From Paraspadella gotoi (Eukaryota; Animalia; Chaetognatha), in the NCBI GenBank assembly GCA_051294375.1, contig CM119267.1, positions 25,559,293-25,623,292 of the forward strand: a DNA stretch of 64,000 bases, written 5' to 3'. Each line of letters starts with the position of its first letter. The stretch's first letter is position 1. The notes beneath the pieces were generated by a model, which made no database searches, was not told where the DNA came from, and worked only from the letters and a program-made list of their open reading frames with translations. This document shows, piece by piece, positions 1-15,300 of the stretch. A program made the translations under genes and the position numbers.

Positions 1-499
1 CAAAACAAATTATGTCAATATGGGCAGATTCGAAAGCTTGACGTCTTGGAAGCCAATGGAGGTAGAGCGCGATCAAAATTTCATTTTATCATGCCCAAAA
101 ATGGTATTTAAATGGACTGGTCAGGCCGTTTTTCCCTATTCCAAGAAAACCTCCTGGCTCTTTTGAGTAAAAAAGACCAAATCATACATATCAGTACAGT
201 TTCCGAAACCTTATTGTTTTCTCTACATGATGAAAAAAGGAAAATTAAATTCTTGCAATCTTAATTGCTTGATAAAGCAATCAAATAACTGGTTTTTTAG
301 GTGAAAACTGCATAGTCAAGCCTTCATTTTTTTTCAATTTTGAACCACAATTGACAGAAACTGTTATGATTTACTATTCAAATCGGGTATGAGCGCGGGC
401 TTAATTCAAAGCGTTTTCTCAAAATAAGGCAAAATTTAAAAAAGTCCAATAAAAACTATTAAAAACAAAATCGTCGCACAGTGTTGCTTGTGAGTCCCA

Positions 500-805
500 A
501 ATGCTAGAAAAATAATTTTTTAAATTTTTTATATTATTATATAATATATAAAATATTTATATAAATATAATTATAGTGTTAAGAATGAATTTTTTTATTC
601 AATCCGAGAAAGGTAGTACTATATATTAAAAGTATATATGCTTAAAAAATTATATTTTAAATAAAATTAACTAATTTTTCTAAACTGCGACAATTTTTTT
701 TATCATGATATAATTAAAAAATATAAAATAAAATTTTAATTTTTATAATATATAATAATTATATTAATATAATAAAATTTTAAAAAATAAATTTTTTTAT
801 TTTAA

Positions 806-836
<31 letters not shown>

Positions 837-1082
837 AATACTAATAATAAAAATAATAATATTAAATAAAATTAAATTTTTTTTATTTCTTAATTATAAT
901 TATTATTTTTATTATTTTTATTATTATTATTTAATTATTATTATATAATCTGATAATATATTATATTAATTTATTTTATTTATTTAAAATTATATAAAAT
1001 TACTTTTTAATTATTTTAATATTCAAATAAATTTTTAAAAAAATTATTTTTATAATTATATATAATAAAAAAATTATTTTTA
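500..1082. repeat. Extremely AT-rich low-complexity tract including (AAT)n/(ATT)n
   Basis: Almost no G or C over ~580 bp. Confidence 0.85.
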
Positions 1083-1427
1083 ACTGAACCGGATTTTTTC
1101 TGAAAAATTCAGGCCCAGGATCTCACCTGTGCGATGGTTCTAAAGCTTAGTACTACGCATAATACTAATCTTTGTTGGATCAAAACGAGCTCGATTTTAA
1201 GCAAAGTTGATCGGTTTGAAAAGCGATTTTTGCGATTGCTTTTGGCGGATTCTTTTGAACGGATTGTCGGATTATGATGAAATTATGCATGTAGATAATG
1301 TTTGCAATTGTCTATCGAACGCTACCAAATTTGATAGAAAACAAATGAGTTGTTTAGAAACGATGCTCATCCCCAATCTAGGTAGGAGCCGACGTCGTTC
1401 TAAGACATCGAGGAAGAGATTTTCAAT

Positions 1428-1800
1428 GGAGATTTTCGTTCAAATCTGACTACCAAACAATATAAACGTTCCTGGGAAAAATTCCGGTAAAAAATCTATG
1501 TAAAAACACTGGATCCTGATCCTGTTGTATCTGAAGGGCTCGCATATTTTTTCTCTTGACAAATCATCATCATCTTGATATCAAACAAGCCAGAACAAAG
1601 ACTGCTTTTTGAAAACGATATAAACGTGACTGAGGTATGTTCCTGTTCAACAAATGACGTCCAATTTTGGAATCCTTTGGCAAAGTGTCTGAAGGGCTCT
1701 TAAAATTTTCTTTTACATTTTATTTGGTTATTTTGATATGATACGATCATGGGAAAGTGAATTAGTCCATTTTGGTGAAATTTTTATTTAAAGTAAAGGT
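1428..1800 (+). repeat. Dispersed repeat (unclassified), diverged copy at ~5216-5650
   Basis: Shared CGTTCAAATCTGACTACC, ATCTGAAG.GCT, ATATCAAACAAGCCAG and GTGTCTGAAG.GCT blocks in the same order. Confidence 0.7.
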
Positions 1801-2044
1801 AAAAGAGGAGCTAACGATCGGAAATCTAAGAGGTTTTCAACCGGGAGTCAGATTCGGGAAAAATCTTCTATGGCAAAAATCTTCCAAAGAAGGGGTGGAT
1901 TTTCCGAAGATTTTGGTTAAAATTTTCTATATTTATGGTCGGATTTTTTTAAAACTTAATATTTATAATATTGCCATCATTCTATCTTGGCGGGTATAAG
2001 AATATATTAAAAAAACCTCTGGCTTTGTTCGTCAGAGCTTAGTC

Positions 2045-2311
2045 CTAATCTAGGAAAGTGTCCCCACTACAGGTTGATGTATTCGTTTTTATCCTGCGGC
2101 CCAAAGGGGCCGCATTTTTTTTTTAAAAATAGATAATTATTCCGTTTTTCCCCACAAAACACTTACTAAAACACTATTATTCAAAACAATGAGCCTTTCA
2201 TTAATGTTTTATTTATAAAAAAATTTAAATCTTATATTTTTAAGTGGGTAAAAAGATTTTTAATACTCTTCTCACTTTTGAATGTCAGTGTTCCGAATTA
2301 CCCCGCACTAT
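2045..2311. mobile_element. Deleted copy of the 21307 element
   Basis: Shares TAGGAAAGTGTCCCC.CTACAGG.TGATGTATTC, GAGCCTTTCATTAATGTTTTATTTATAAAAA and the right TIR GTGTTCCGAATTACCCCGCACTA. Confidence 0.75.
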
Positions 2312-3274
2312 GCTACTGATTTGATATACAAAGTTTAAATTGGGTTTAAGTCAAGGTTAAACCCCCCAATTCGTGCTCACTTCTTTTTTTTTTTCAATCA
2401 TTCCCTGCAATGCTTTATTTATTTCTTTTAAAAATAAATTAATAAAAAACGGTGTGAGAGTTACTCGCTTTTTTAAAAAAAAAATTGCGAACAGGACCGA
2501 TTTCTCTTTATTTCATTTTCAATTTTTTATCTTAAATCTTTCGTTTTGAACTGATTTTTTTCAGAAGCTTCGAGTCTCGATTCCACGATGTAGACTCAGC
2601 GGGGGAAACATTTTAGACTCGAGAGACTCGGGGACCCAACCGTTCCGTGCCTCCGCCTCCTCCTCTTCCTCCTCCTTCAAGTCGAGACGAGAGACAGTTC
2701 ATTTATTTATTTGACTAAGAAAAAAAAATCGTATATGACAACTTCAAGTAGAAACATAACATTTATGACAAAAAAAAAACCACATAAATCTCAGACTATA
2801 TTTTTTTTTATCACAAACCTAATTGATAAAAGAAAACTAACACAAAAATTAAACCTTTTAATCCTCTCCTTCCAAAAGCAAAACAAAAAGGCAATTCGCT
2901 CTTCCCTTTTCTTCTAACGCAAATCCGCACTTTTCGCAAAATCTCGTTTCTCACGACGAGGGTCGATTTGAATTTTTAAAAACCCCTGCAAAGAATTTAA
3001 CTGCACTCACTTCTACTTTACTCAACTTTCGAAGAAAAAGAAAAAAAGAAAAAGAACCAAAAAAAAAAAAAAAAAAAAAAAGAAAAAGCCAAATATCTCT
3101 TTTTTCGTCGATGGGCGGAACCTCGGAACCGGACCGGAATTCGGCGCTTACTCGAACCGGCGCCTATTGGCGTCTTTCTCTCTTTTTTCTCAATTCTCTT
3201 TTCACGTTTACGGCCTCTCGCATTTTCTTTTTGGCGAGCGTCCAATTTTGTCAACGATTCTATTTTTTGTATGA

Positions 3275-3305
<31 letters not shown>

Positions 3306-3335
3306 CGGAGTGAATTTCCACGTTGAAGAGAAGCG

Positions 3336-6300
3336 ATGGGGAACGTGGATTCGACGTCTGAAGGTGTGGCCTCGGAAGAACTCGACGCTATCTCCGGTGA
3401 GTAACTCTGTCTCGTTTTTGAGCGTTCCAAAAGTTTTTCACGGTTTTTCATTCAAGGTAGCGGTAGCCGACCATATTCAAATTTTAAAGGGAACAGTATT
3501 AAACGAATCCATTATTGGTATTAGTTATTGTGTTAAAATATTTTTTGCAAAATTGTTCCAAACCATGAGTAATTCGCTAATTAAAATTATTATTTTACTA
3601 TATTAAGTAAAATTTTTTTTTTATATTTTAAGTTTTTTTAATTGATTCTGATAGAGCTCAAAAAGTTAGGCAAAAAATATAATTAAAACTTTTTTAAATT
3701 TTAATGTTTTGTCACTGAAAATGAGCAAAAACTACCAAAATTATCGGATAATGATGATGAGAATGATTTTTTCAGGTTTTTCCTAATTTTGACCCACTTA
3801 TCATCAAAATATTAAAAAAAAGAATTATACTTTGTACAATGTGTAGTCAACTTTTTATAAGCTATCTGAATCTGCTTTTAGAAATACAAAAAAAAATTTT
3901 GACATTTCCTATCTATAAATAATTATTAAAAAATTAATTACTAGTGTTTCTAGCCATTTTAGAAAATTTTGGTCCATTGAAAGTTTTCTCAAAAATGTAT
4001 GAAGTTTCATTTGGGAAGGTTCCCAAATCAAACTTCTGACCCACCCCATTGACAAAGTTTAGGCGGAACGTTGACGCGCCAATCTCGCTTCAATTTTCGG
4101 AAAAGCGTCAGGAAGAAACTCATGTCTTTCCGGTGAGAAAACCCGGGATTAGTAAATTAATGAATAACTTTTAGATAAAAAATTCATAAATAAATTTTAT
4201 TCCCTTTACTAATATTTTTCCATTAATTCTCACGCGATTTATCTCACTATTCTTTCTATATCTTTTCCTCCTTCTCCACAGAACTCTCTCGATGCGTTCG
4301 ATTCGCAGCCTGAAAAGCCTCAGCCTCCGTTCTCTATCGATCCGGTCCAATTCTTCTGTCCGGACTTGGTCTCGCTATTCGCGGAAGCCGTGGCAGCACG
4401 CCACGCTCGCCTCTCTCTACAACGCGTCGAAGGCGGCTTGGCCCGTGCCCATCTACGAAGCCCTCTTCTTGCCCGAGTTCTCCATCAAGGGCGCCGTTGA
4501 TGAGACAGACTTCGAGGTGATTTTTTTTTAGCCGGATATGCTTACAGCATAAATCTTGTCACTTGTCAGAACATCGAATTGTGATAAATTATGCAAAAAA
4601 TTAATGACTGTCCGTCCTTCCGTCCGTCTCTCCTTCCGTCCGTCTCTCCTTCCGTCCGTCGGTCCGTCCGTCCGTCCTCCCGTCCCTCCGTCCGTCCTCC
4701 CTTAGCTTTGAACGACTATTACTCATGAAGAATTTTAGAAAATTAAAATTTAGCATATAAAAACATGAACATAAAAACCAATAAAATATTTTTGGTAAAT
4801 TATTTTTTAATTTATACATTAGTGGGCACAAGTGAGCTATATTTATATATAGTAATAAAGTATATAATAGGCTAAAATTTCAAAATGCAAATTTTTAAAT
4901 TTTAAGATCGGATTTGGATTCCTTGCAAAAAAGTTATTATAAGAAAGTACAATTCTTTTTTAAAAATTATTTTATTAAGTTAGTCAAAATGTAAAAAACT
5001 ATATTTTAAGACGCCCGATTTTGAATTTCCAGCTTAAAAATATAGTTTTTGTAATTCTAACCTACCTTAATAACATAATTTTTGAAAAAGATTTATACTT
5101 TCTTATATTAACTTTAACAAGGAATCTGAATCTGTTCTCAGAATTAAAAAAAACACCATTTTAAAATTTTGACATTATATAAGGGTAATAAATAAAATTC
5201 AAACATTTTTCTAATAGAGAATTCCGTTCAAATCTGACTACCACAAATTGCAAACGCGTTTGCCAGAAATTCGGTTAAAAAACACTTGTAAAAACGCACG
5301 ATTCCGAGAGCGTTACATCTGAAGAGCTTGTCCTATTCGTTTTATGGCATTTGATAAAGGATTTAATATCAAACAAGCCAGGGGAAATGCACTACTCATC
5401 TCCGGAGAATTTTCAAACCATCATTTTTACTATAGAAATGAAAGGGAAAGTTTACAAACTTAAAATTGCAAACGGGATTGCTATTGTTCCTGTTACATGA
5501 GCGACTTCGAATTTCGCGATTCTGATAGCTTTGTGTCTGAAGAGCTTGTCCTATTTTCTTTTTTTCATTTATAATGATTTTGACATATAAATGATCAGTT
5601 TTAAATGAAATAGTCCGGTTTGAATCGCGAAATTTTTATTTAAAAAAGAAATTAAAGGAAGGTTGAGAAAAAAAACTGATTTTTCCTAATATCTTTTGAA
5701 GGAATAAAGATAAAGGGATGGTAAAGTACCAAATAAAAGCCATAATCATAGGGCACATACAAGATACAATTTAGAATTACTTATGCTGAAACCTCCTTAC
5801 AGGGTGAGTGTCAAACTAAGTCAAAATTATAATGAATTTTAAAACTAATGACACCCCTAATAGAATAAATGAAAATTTAATTCTTTTTAATGATTCTGAA
5901 AGAAAAAGGCTAAATTGTACTCTAGTAAAACTATAAAGTTTTTGATAAAGAAATGTAAATTGTTTGTACACTTAAATATTTGCTTGTCTCATTTTACAAG
6001 CATGCTTACAAAATTCTACAAAATATTATTCACCCCATCACAGCCTAAGTATTTATCTTTCTTTTCTACCAGCAAAAAGTAAACATTATTTTATGCTAGA
6101 GAACAGGGATGTTTCCTGAAATGAGCCGGAAGACATTCAACTTCTTCACTTTACTGTCATTTTTCAATAATAAAATAGGTGAATTTTTTACTTATTTAAC
6201 TCACAGGCTTCACAAGACATTATACTTTGATAATATCCCAATGTTAATGTAATTTATTATATTTTTTACCCAGAAATCATAAAATAACAAAGTTGTGGAT

Positions 6301-9300
6301 TCCCTTTGCTCGTTTAAGAAAAAAAATTAACTAGCAGAATTATAAGTTTGTAAGAGGAAGTCAGAATCGGCAAAAATCTTAAAAGGGGAGAATGTTGAAA
6401 AAAAGGGGTGGAATTTTGATGGGTTTCCTAAGATTTCTCCACAATGTGAGGTCCGATTAAAGCGAAACTTGAGATTTACAATATTCCCGTCATTCCACAT
6501 CTATCGATATAAAAATATAAGAAAAAAGTCACTGGCTTCTTTTTCTATAGCGGCTTCCTAAGTACTATATACAAAATAAGCTGACTGGGCTACTATATTT
6601 ATAAAAAAGAAAAATAACTACAGATTAGTATTCACTAATATGATAGTTTTCAAGATATAACTGCTAAATTTTGATTCCAAACTTTCACTTCACTCTAGTG
6701 TATAGGGCGATTGACTTAGAATTTTTTATATGGGTAGGAAAGTGTGTGATTGAGCTGGAAATCAAGTTTAGATTAAGCAAAAGACCTTTTGATTTTTTAA
6801 TAAAATATTTTCTTTCCCTCAAAAGGTTATCAACGTGATCTCCCGAGGGGCCTTCGGTAACGTATACAAAGTGAGACGGAAAACAAACTCGCTCACCTTA
6901 GCCATGAAGGTTCGACAATCGATTCTCAATTTGATGCGCGGGTGTCCGAAAATAAAACGGTTCCTTTTTACATGCAATCCTTTTTTTATCACAGGTGATG
7001 TCTAAATCCGAGGTTATTACCAACGACGCCGTGCAACAGTGCAAGGACGAAGTTACTATTCAGTATTGCTTGGGACACCACCCTTTCATTGTCCAGGTTT
7101 GCGAATACTACGCGACCATGAGTAGCCGTTGGGAATTTTGATTCCACGTTTCTTTCCCAGGTTTTTCATTATTGGCAATCGAAGAGGAATTTATACATCG
7201 TTATGGAGTTCGTGTCGCACGGAGAATTGTTCAGCCTTTGGCAACGCCTTCCAGTTTTCCCCGAGGATTTGATAAAGGTCTACGTGGCCCAGCTGGCTCT
7301 GGTCCTGGACTACCTTCACTCCTCGGGCGTCATCTATCGTGACATGAAGATGGAGAACGTGCTACTGACTCCGCAGGGTCATCTACTGGTCACCGATTTC
7401 GGTCTTTCCAAGTGGCTCACCGCCCATGAGAGGACGTGGACCATTTGTGGCACCCTGCAGTACATGGCACCGGAGGTTCTCTCCGCCCATGACGGAGGTG
7501 AAGAGGGAGAATAGTAGAAAAGGTTTTGATATCTTTAAATTGTTTGTTTAAAGTTTGTTGTTTAATTGTTAGGTTATGGACACGAGGCTGACTGGTGGGC
7601 TTTGGGAATTCTTCTTTATGCTCTAGTCGCCGGCACATTTCCAGTTTATGGCGCCCACAACCATTTACAGGTTTGTTGTTGTTGTCGATATGGTTACGAA
7701 GTCGCACCACCTATGTTTATTTCATTCGTTTTAACTACTGTACATAGCGTACAAATGAAAGCAATCGCTTTGCGTTTGCGACGATCTCGTAACGCTTTTG
7801 CGCATAAGTGGCTTAGTCGTCGTCGTTGTTGTCGTCGTCGTTGGCGTTCCAACTTATCGATCGCCTTTTTGATGATTAAATTTGGGTGTATGAAGCTGAA
7901 AATTTATATACAGCTTCTCATCATCGAGGTCCTTGAAATTGGGTGAGGACAGTAATTAAATATGTTTTGTTTACGTTTTATCAAAACAAACAAATTTCCT
8001 TTATTTTTATTTTTATGTCTTCTTCTCTCTCTGTTTTCTCTTTTAATTACAGGGGTGGGACCATATATCGAGACAAAATTTACAAAATCATTACTCTAAA
8101 ACTCTTAATTATTTTTATAATCTGAATTAATATTTGTATAATATTCTCTCTTAGCTTTTAGACGATATTTTAATCTTTTTGAGATTCTTTAATATACTGC
8201 TTTTTTTGATGCAGCAAAGGCAACTGCTCGATTTTCTCCGCACGGTTTGGAAGAAAAATGTTTGAAAATTTATTATTTAATCTCATTCTAAGACATAACA
8301 TTTAAAAAGATTCTTTGGAAATACTCATTTATAGTATAATAATACTTCTGGCAAGGGGTACATAAGTAATAAGTATGGCATTTATACTATGCAATGTAAG
8401 GTGTGCGTATAAAAATGACTAAATGATTTGAAAACGTCCACAACGCCCTGTAGTTGTTTAAAATTTGTTATTGTTTCATTGCATATGAAAGTAAAAAGAC
8501 AGAAAAATCTTTTGGCAACTATTTTATTATTGTATCTCAAATCGTTCAGACAGGGCAGGACGTTAAGTTTTGTCTCGATATAGGGTCCCACCCCTGTATA
8601 TGTAGCTCTCTCTCTTTCTTTTTCCCAATCGCTGATTCCTTGGGCTCTACAGGAGCTTTCTTTCTTTTTCTCTCTTTTCTCCTGCTGATTCGTCCGCTGA
8701 TTCTCTCTCTCTCTCTGCGTTTTTATTAAAAAAAAGATTCAATTAGGATTGAACTCATAAAATTAGGCAACGCATTCGTGCATGTTATCATTTTGCTATC
8801 GCAAACAATTCGAGTTTTATTTTGTTCTTTCTTCTCGTCACTTCTCTCTTATTTTTATTTTTCTTTCTTTCCTTTTTATTCTTTCTTTCCTTTTTTATTC
8901 TTTCTTTCCTTTCTATTCTTTCTTTCCTTTCTATTCTTTCTTTCCTTTCTACAGAAGGCTTCATATTATAATGTGGTACCCCTTTCTTGTGACCAGAATC
9001 TGTTCCTACTGCTTCTGCAGGGTTTCTCTCTTTTTTCTTTTTCTCCTGATGCTTCTGCTGCTGCCTTTTGATTTCTTTCTTTTTTTTCTCTCTCTCTCTC
9101 ACTAGGGGGAGACTAACTCAGTAAGGTGGTTAAGAAATTTAATTAAGCACCTGCTCAATCGAAAATTTAAACATTTTTTTAAAAATTTGAATAGACAAAA
9201 TTTTTTTAATATTACTCCATATATTAATTTTTTAATATTTATCTAGAAATAGGAAAGGCTAAAAAATTTTTTTGATTTTTGATTTTTAAGAGGAAAGGTC

Positions 9301-12300
9301 ATTCAGCATAAACAATACGTAATCATTGATTTGTTAGAGCTAATTATACGAGAAATACATTATAGTCATCAGTAATCACAAAGAAATAAGTTCTTATTTA
9401 TTTGTGTTCATTCTGTTTTCAATAATTTTTTTAAATGGGTAAATAACAAAATTGTTAAGTTAAATGGGTAAGCACATTTTTTAAAGATTTGTTTTTCAAT
9501 CTGGTTGTTAAAAAGTTCTAGGTAAGAAGTTAAAACACGGTATGAGAAAAGTTTAGAAGGGAGAAATTAAACAATTAATCTCGTTTATCTGTTGGTTTTC
9601 CAGTCATGAACAAAATCTTCAGTTAAATAGATGGTAAAAAATTCGAGCTACAATGAATCTACACTGAATTTGAAGAGTTGCAGCCTAAACGACTGCAATA
9701 ATATTGAATTAAAAATTTGATTAGCAATCTTAAAAACATTTGTAAAAATGTAAGAGAGGACATTCTGATAAACGTGTTCCAGTTAGAAAGAATTCAGGGT
9801 TAAAGTTTAAAAACGTTTCATTTTCAAGGATACAAGTTGAAATTTAAAAATGTCTCTCTTATTACATTTTTCTAATTCAGTAATAAAAAATTCATAAAAA
9901 AATATCAGATGGATTGGCCTTTTCGTTTGACCTGCAACTCTTCAGATAGGTTTCTTTTATTTTATATTATAATTAAAACCGATATAATATGGGTAGAATG
10001 CATCAAATGCTTAAAGTGAATACATTTTCGGAATCGCCAGGAGCTCAGCTTTCTTAATTTGAATTGAATTGAATGACCCTTTTTCTTAAGGTCAGATTCA
10101 GTTAGTTTGCAAATAGTTGTCTACAAAAATAAATTCTTTTTTCGATATTTTGATCATAAGTGTGTGAAAAATATGAAAAACTATTTATATAATCATTATC
10201 ATTTTTCGATAATTTTATTATTTTTTCTTTAATTTTGACCAAGAAAACATAAATATCTTTGAAAGTTGTAGTTAAATTTTTTATTTAACTTTTTATGCTC
10301 TATCAGAATCCATCAAAAAAGTTAAGATTGATTTAAAAAATTTTTTATCATTATATAGTAATATTGTGATTTTAATAGCAACAATAAAAGCATTTAAATC
10401 GAACTTTTTTAAAAAATTCTTTTTTTTTACCTAAAAGTAGACTTCAAGACTAAAGTTTTAAACCCCGCCCCTATTGAATTTAATTTCATAGTAGATTTCT
10501 ATCATTTAAGTAAGAAGACAGGGATTTCAGCATGAAACCAAAGTGGAATTTATTTGTAGAAAAACAGATATGAAGACGGTGTCAATATTTGGACAGAATG
10601 AATCAAAGCAGAAACAGAGGCTATTTATAATGGGCAAGTAGACGAAGCCAGATTCCTCTTCCGACGGAATCCTCCTTTTCCTCTTCCGGAACTATTGTTC
10701 CTTTACTGGATTTGGCTTCCCAAAATCCCGTTCGAAATCATTCCAGAATCTTCTTCCTCTTCCGGAATCCTCTTCCTTAATCCTGTTTCCTTCTGTTTCC
10801 GGGTTTCATTCTTCTGTGATGCTATTCTCACTCTGCGTTTTTATTTAAAAAAAATTGAATAAGGATTGAACTCGTAAAATTAAGAATTGCATTCGTGCAT
10901 GTTATCATTTTGCTATCGCAACATCGGTTTTTTATTTCGTTTTTTTTTCTCTGATTAGTTTATTTTTTGACAATGAAATCTTTTTTCTCTCTCTTTTTTT
11001 TTTTTTTTTTAACTGTAACTTTAATTTTCCTCGGTATTTTATTATTTTTTTTAAATGACAATCGCAAAATATAATTTTTCTTTCTGTTTATAAATTAATT
11101 TTCATTTCTCAAATTTTATTTTTTTTAGTATCAAAATTTGTCGTCAATCAAGATTTTTCTTATGCGATTGCGACGATCCTTATGCTTTTAAGATTTTTAA
11201 AAGTATTTTGGCGAATCCTAAATTCGCCTCCCGTATAACATGGTGAAACTCAGCTCGTCCCATTGTCTTGGACAGCTAAGTACTAGTTCCCCAACCGTCA
11301 GTTCCGCGTTCTATCCACTCACGGTCATGCTGGTTGAGTGCCAGCTGTCGGGAGATTCCTCACACCCTGGGCATCACACATGTCTCCCCGTTGTCGTAGA
11401 ATAAATAATAACTTGAAAAAAAAAGTTTACGATTTTGTTTTGTTCCGCGTTTCAGATGTTAGACTACGTTCTCCGCTGCGATTATCCTATTCCTCACAAC
11501 TGCTCCTCCAACATGAGAAATTTACTCACTCGTCTCCTCTGCAAAAATCCCACCTTTCGTCTCTCTTGCCTTCAGGTGAGACTTTCTTTTCGTTTATTTG
11601 TGAAAAGTAAAAGATACGAAATGAGTTTTTCACTTCTGTTATATAACTCTACTTTTACTTTTCTTTATTCCTCTCTTCATTTCTTCTCTCTTCTCTCCAT
11701 TTTTCCTCTCCTATCTATTTTAACTCTCTCTCCTTTTTTCTCACTCTCTCTCCATCCGTTTTCCCTTTGTCAGAGCCTCAAATATGAGCCTCTTTTTCAA
11801 GACGTCGATTTCGATCAAGTTTATCACAAAACCATTCAGCCCATCGACGAGTTTCCCCCAGAATTTAGGTGACCGAGATTTTCATGACTTTTATCTCCAA
11901 ATCGCAGCTTCACAAGACGATTATCACGACCTCTTATTTCTCAGGAATCAGTACTTAGCCGAACCTCCTTTGGATTCAATCGAACTTGCCGTCGACGGCC
12001 AACCGATCCGCGCTGTTCCTCCAGTAGCCCTCTCGACCCCGTCGCTTCCCAACACGCCCGTCGCAGGCGCCAAGGTTGGACGTCACGTCGGCGCGGAAGA
12101 AGCGGCGTCGATGGTGGAGGCCGAAGCGAATCGGCACCGATCATCCAGAGATTCTATGAAGGACGATTCGGAGATGCGAAAACCTCCTCTTCATCCTCAG
12201 CATCAACAGCATTCTATTCCTCAACCTCATCACCATCAATCTCAGGCTCTGCAGCAAGATCAACCTCATCAGCCTCCTCGTAATCGGACATCCATCGAAG

Positions 12301-15300
12301 CGAATGAAGTTCCTCCGTCGCCTCTCTCGAGTCAAGGCCATCATTCGCGTCAACCAGATCGCCGCCACCTCGAGGTGCCACGCCCCTCGACGCAGCGACG
12401 CTACGGCGAAGACTCGCTTCTACGCAGTCACCACCACCGCCCGTCCGAAGAACCTCGACCTTCAGACGAATCTCTTTTCATCGACGAGACATTGCAGCCT
12501 CCACGACTCGAGGAGATTCTAAAAGTCGATGAGGAAAACTCTGAAATCCAGCGTCGTCATTCTCGTCCGCAACGAGATCCTTCGCACCAGCATCGCCATC
12601 TTTCGGAATCGCGCGATTTCGCTATTCCGCCCACGCCCTCTCCACCTCCTCGCCCTCCCACTCCTCCCTCTCCTTCTCCTCCTCTTCCTCCCCCGCCTCC
12701 TCGTCCGAGGAGAAGCTTGGATCGTTCCCCCTCCGCTTCCCCGCCGCCGATTCCTCGTCCGCCTCCTCCTCCCCCCGACACTCATCGGGCCTTGGTGCAT
12801 CAGCGATACAGCGCCTTGTCCAACCGGTAAATACGGGGAGGGTTGACAAGAAGGACGGAATCTAAATGCAGCCTGTATGAGTATTGGATTGAGTAATGGA
12901 TTAATTACTGAGAATAAAACTTCCTAAAACTGGAATCACTAATGATTAAATGTATAATTAAGACTGTCGGTAACGTGACCTGTGACCCTCAATAGATGAC
13001 AGATAGAGAGCTAGGTGGTACATGATTGACTAGTCTTATTTTTGAAGTTACCTGAAATAATTGTAGATTGTCAAAGTTGTATTAGTAAATCAAACAGTTG
13101 TTAAAATATTGCGTCTTACTCCCTTGAGATGGAATGTACTAAAATCTCGGCCTCCCTCTCGTCTCTCTTCCTTTGTTTATTCTACTTAGACAAAATGTTT
13201 ACAAAATAGGCGCTGAGTTCCTGGGAATCTATGAAATATTAAACTTTGGAACTGAGAAAATTTAGAGAGACAAAATTTGAACGAAAGTTAATTACTAAAT
13301 TGGAGGCTAATTAAAATATTACTAACAAGACATTATGATAATTGTAATAAGTAAATTATTCGTTATACGACTGCTGATTGAAACACAAAAAAAAACAATG
13401 TAAAATGACAATATTAAACCGCCAAGGTAATAGAATATCAAAATATGCTAATATGTAAATGAGATTGATGAAAAAGTGTGTTGAGAGATCAAAAGAGTGA
13501 ACAAATTTCTATACTTAGTAATAGACTTTAAATGGTATACGTTATGCCTAATTTTCTTCTCATTAGTTCATCGGCGTCGCCCTCTCCCCTCCCCCACCGC
13601 CTTTCACTCCGTGAGTTGGCGAGAGAGTTGAGCGACGGGGAACGCCACTCTCCGCGGATGTCATGTAACTTGGAACGGCTCGAAAACATCCCACTCAAGG
13701 ATTTTGATTTCGAAAAAATGACTTCAATGACTACGAATTCGGGAGGAGGTTCGCTCGATTAGCATTCAACGCCATCTCTAGGCGAAAAGTAATAATTTCT
13801 TTCTCTCGTTTCTCAGGTTCTTCCTCCAGGAAATCTGATCGTAAAGATTCAGGCATCAACTCCGATATGGATTCAGCTCGATCGAGGAAAGACAGAAAGG
13901 ATTCTAATGGCTGCGGCGGCGACGTCGGACTCTCTTCCGTTAAGGATTCAATATCTGAATCAGCGAGAAGAAAACTCGACCCCGGAAATGGAATCCTCGA
14001 CGATCCGAGCGAAGGAAGATCCTCAGACCCGTCCTTCCAACGGGATCAGTCGACCCAAGACGACGCCGCGGCGCCGCCTTCGGAAGCGCCAACGCTGCCA
14101 AAGAAGGAAAGGCGAAAGAGGAGCAGCAACGAAAAAATATCTTCTTTTGATTCGGGCGCCAGTTCCGGAGGCTGCGGCCCCGTCGGAGCGGAAGGCGAAA
14201 CTGGCGTCGATCTCGCCTGCGATCGTCGCCGAGAGGAACAAGGCGGCGATCTTAGACGTGTCGCCGCTCGGAACAACAATAAAAACCACAATATGCTGCG
14301 TTCCGACGAAGGCTTCGACCTTCGCTCGTCGGAAGCCGCTAGGCTTTTCGAGTCTTGCGTCGACGCCGCCCTGGAAGACCAAATGGCGGCGTCGTCTCGC
14401 GGCGCCGTCGATGCGGAAAGAAATCAACGCCGCGTCGATCGTCATTCTCATCAACCGATCCTTCGTCGACCGCGATCCGCCATCGCCATTCCAATCACTG
14501 CGGCCGCCGCCGCCTCCGTCTCTAAACCAAGAGCGGCGATTCCCGTCTTCCGCCAGCAGCGAAGTCGCGAGTCGCAGAGTTCGGACGGCGTCTCCGCCTC
14601 GAGTCAATCGCTTCGTCCGGCGGGCGGATCCACCACCGCCGCCTCCACTTCTTCCGCCTCCTCGTCACGAGCAGCAAGGACCGCCTTTTCGAGGTCTCTC
14701 CATTTTAGCTAATTCTTATTTACTATCTTCTTTTTATTAAATTAGATTAAAAACAAAAACTTTTATTTTTATTTTATACGATTATTTTCATTTTTATATA
14801 TTTATAAATAAAAAAGACATAAGTATATACAATTATACATAAACACTATTAAAAGCGTGAGGAAATGGAGGGAAAAATGTAGAAACAAGTAGAAACGAAA
14901 GAATGGTAGACTAAATATACGCAGGAGCAGGAAGATGATGATAATTAAAAGAGGAAGTGGAGAATGGGAGGGCAAGCAGATCTTCCTCTGGTAATGACTG
15001 AAAATTTGCTTGAGGGATATTGAAGGCGTGTAGAGGAAAATAATGGTATATTTAGGGGCAGGAGGAGGAGGAAAGAAGAGGAAGAAGAGAATTGGACGGC
15101 AGGCTAAATCCTCCTCTGATTTTTTTTTTCTGAAAAGAAAACAGAGCAAACAAATAATTGCGGGAATGGTTGAAAAAATATCTTATGTTGTGACGAATCC
15201 TAAATTCGCCTCCCGTATAGCTTGGTGAAACTCAGCTCGTCCCATTGGCTTGGACAGCTAAGTACTCGTTCACCAACCGTGAGTTCCGGGTTCAATCCCC

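Noticed and set aside
2370-3110. Possible divergent minus-strand gene upstream of RSKR (GTGAG donor-like sites at ~3010 and ~2380, GC-rich patch 2570-2700)
   Set aside because: No coherent ORF or exon chain could be built; could be a non-coding 5' exon but unsupported.
12965-13191. Possible further solo LTR (AGAC-TGTCGG...AGAC)
   Set aside because: No CA/TA terminus, no second copy in the window; a 4-bp match can be chance.
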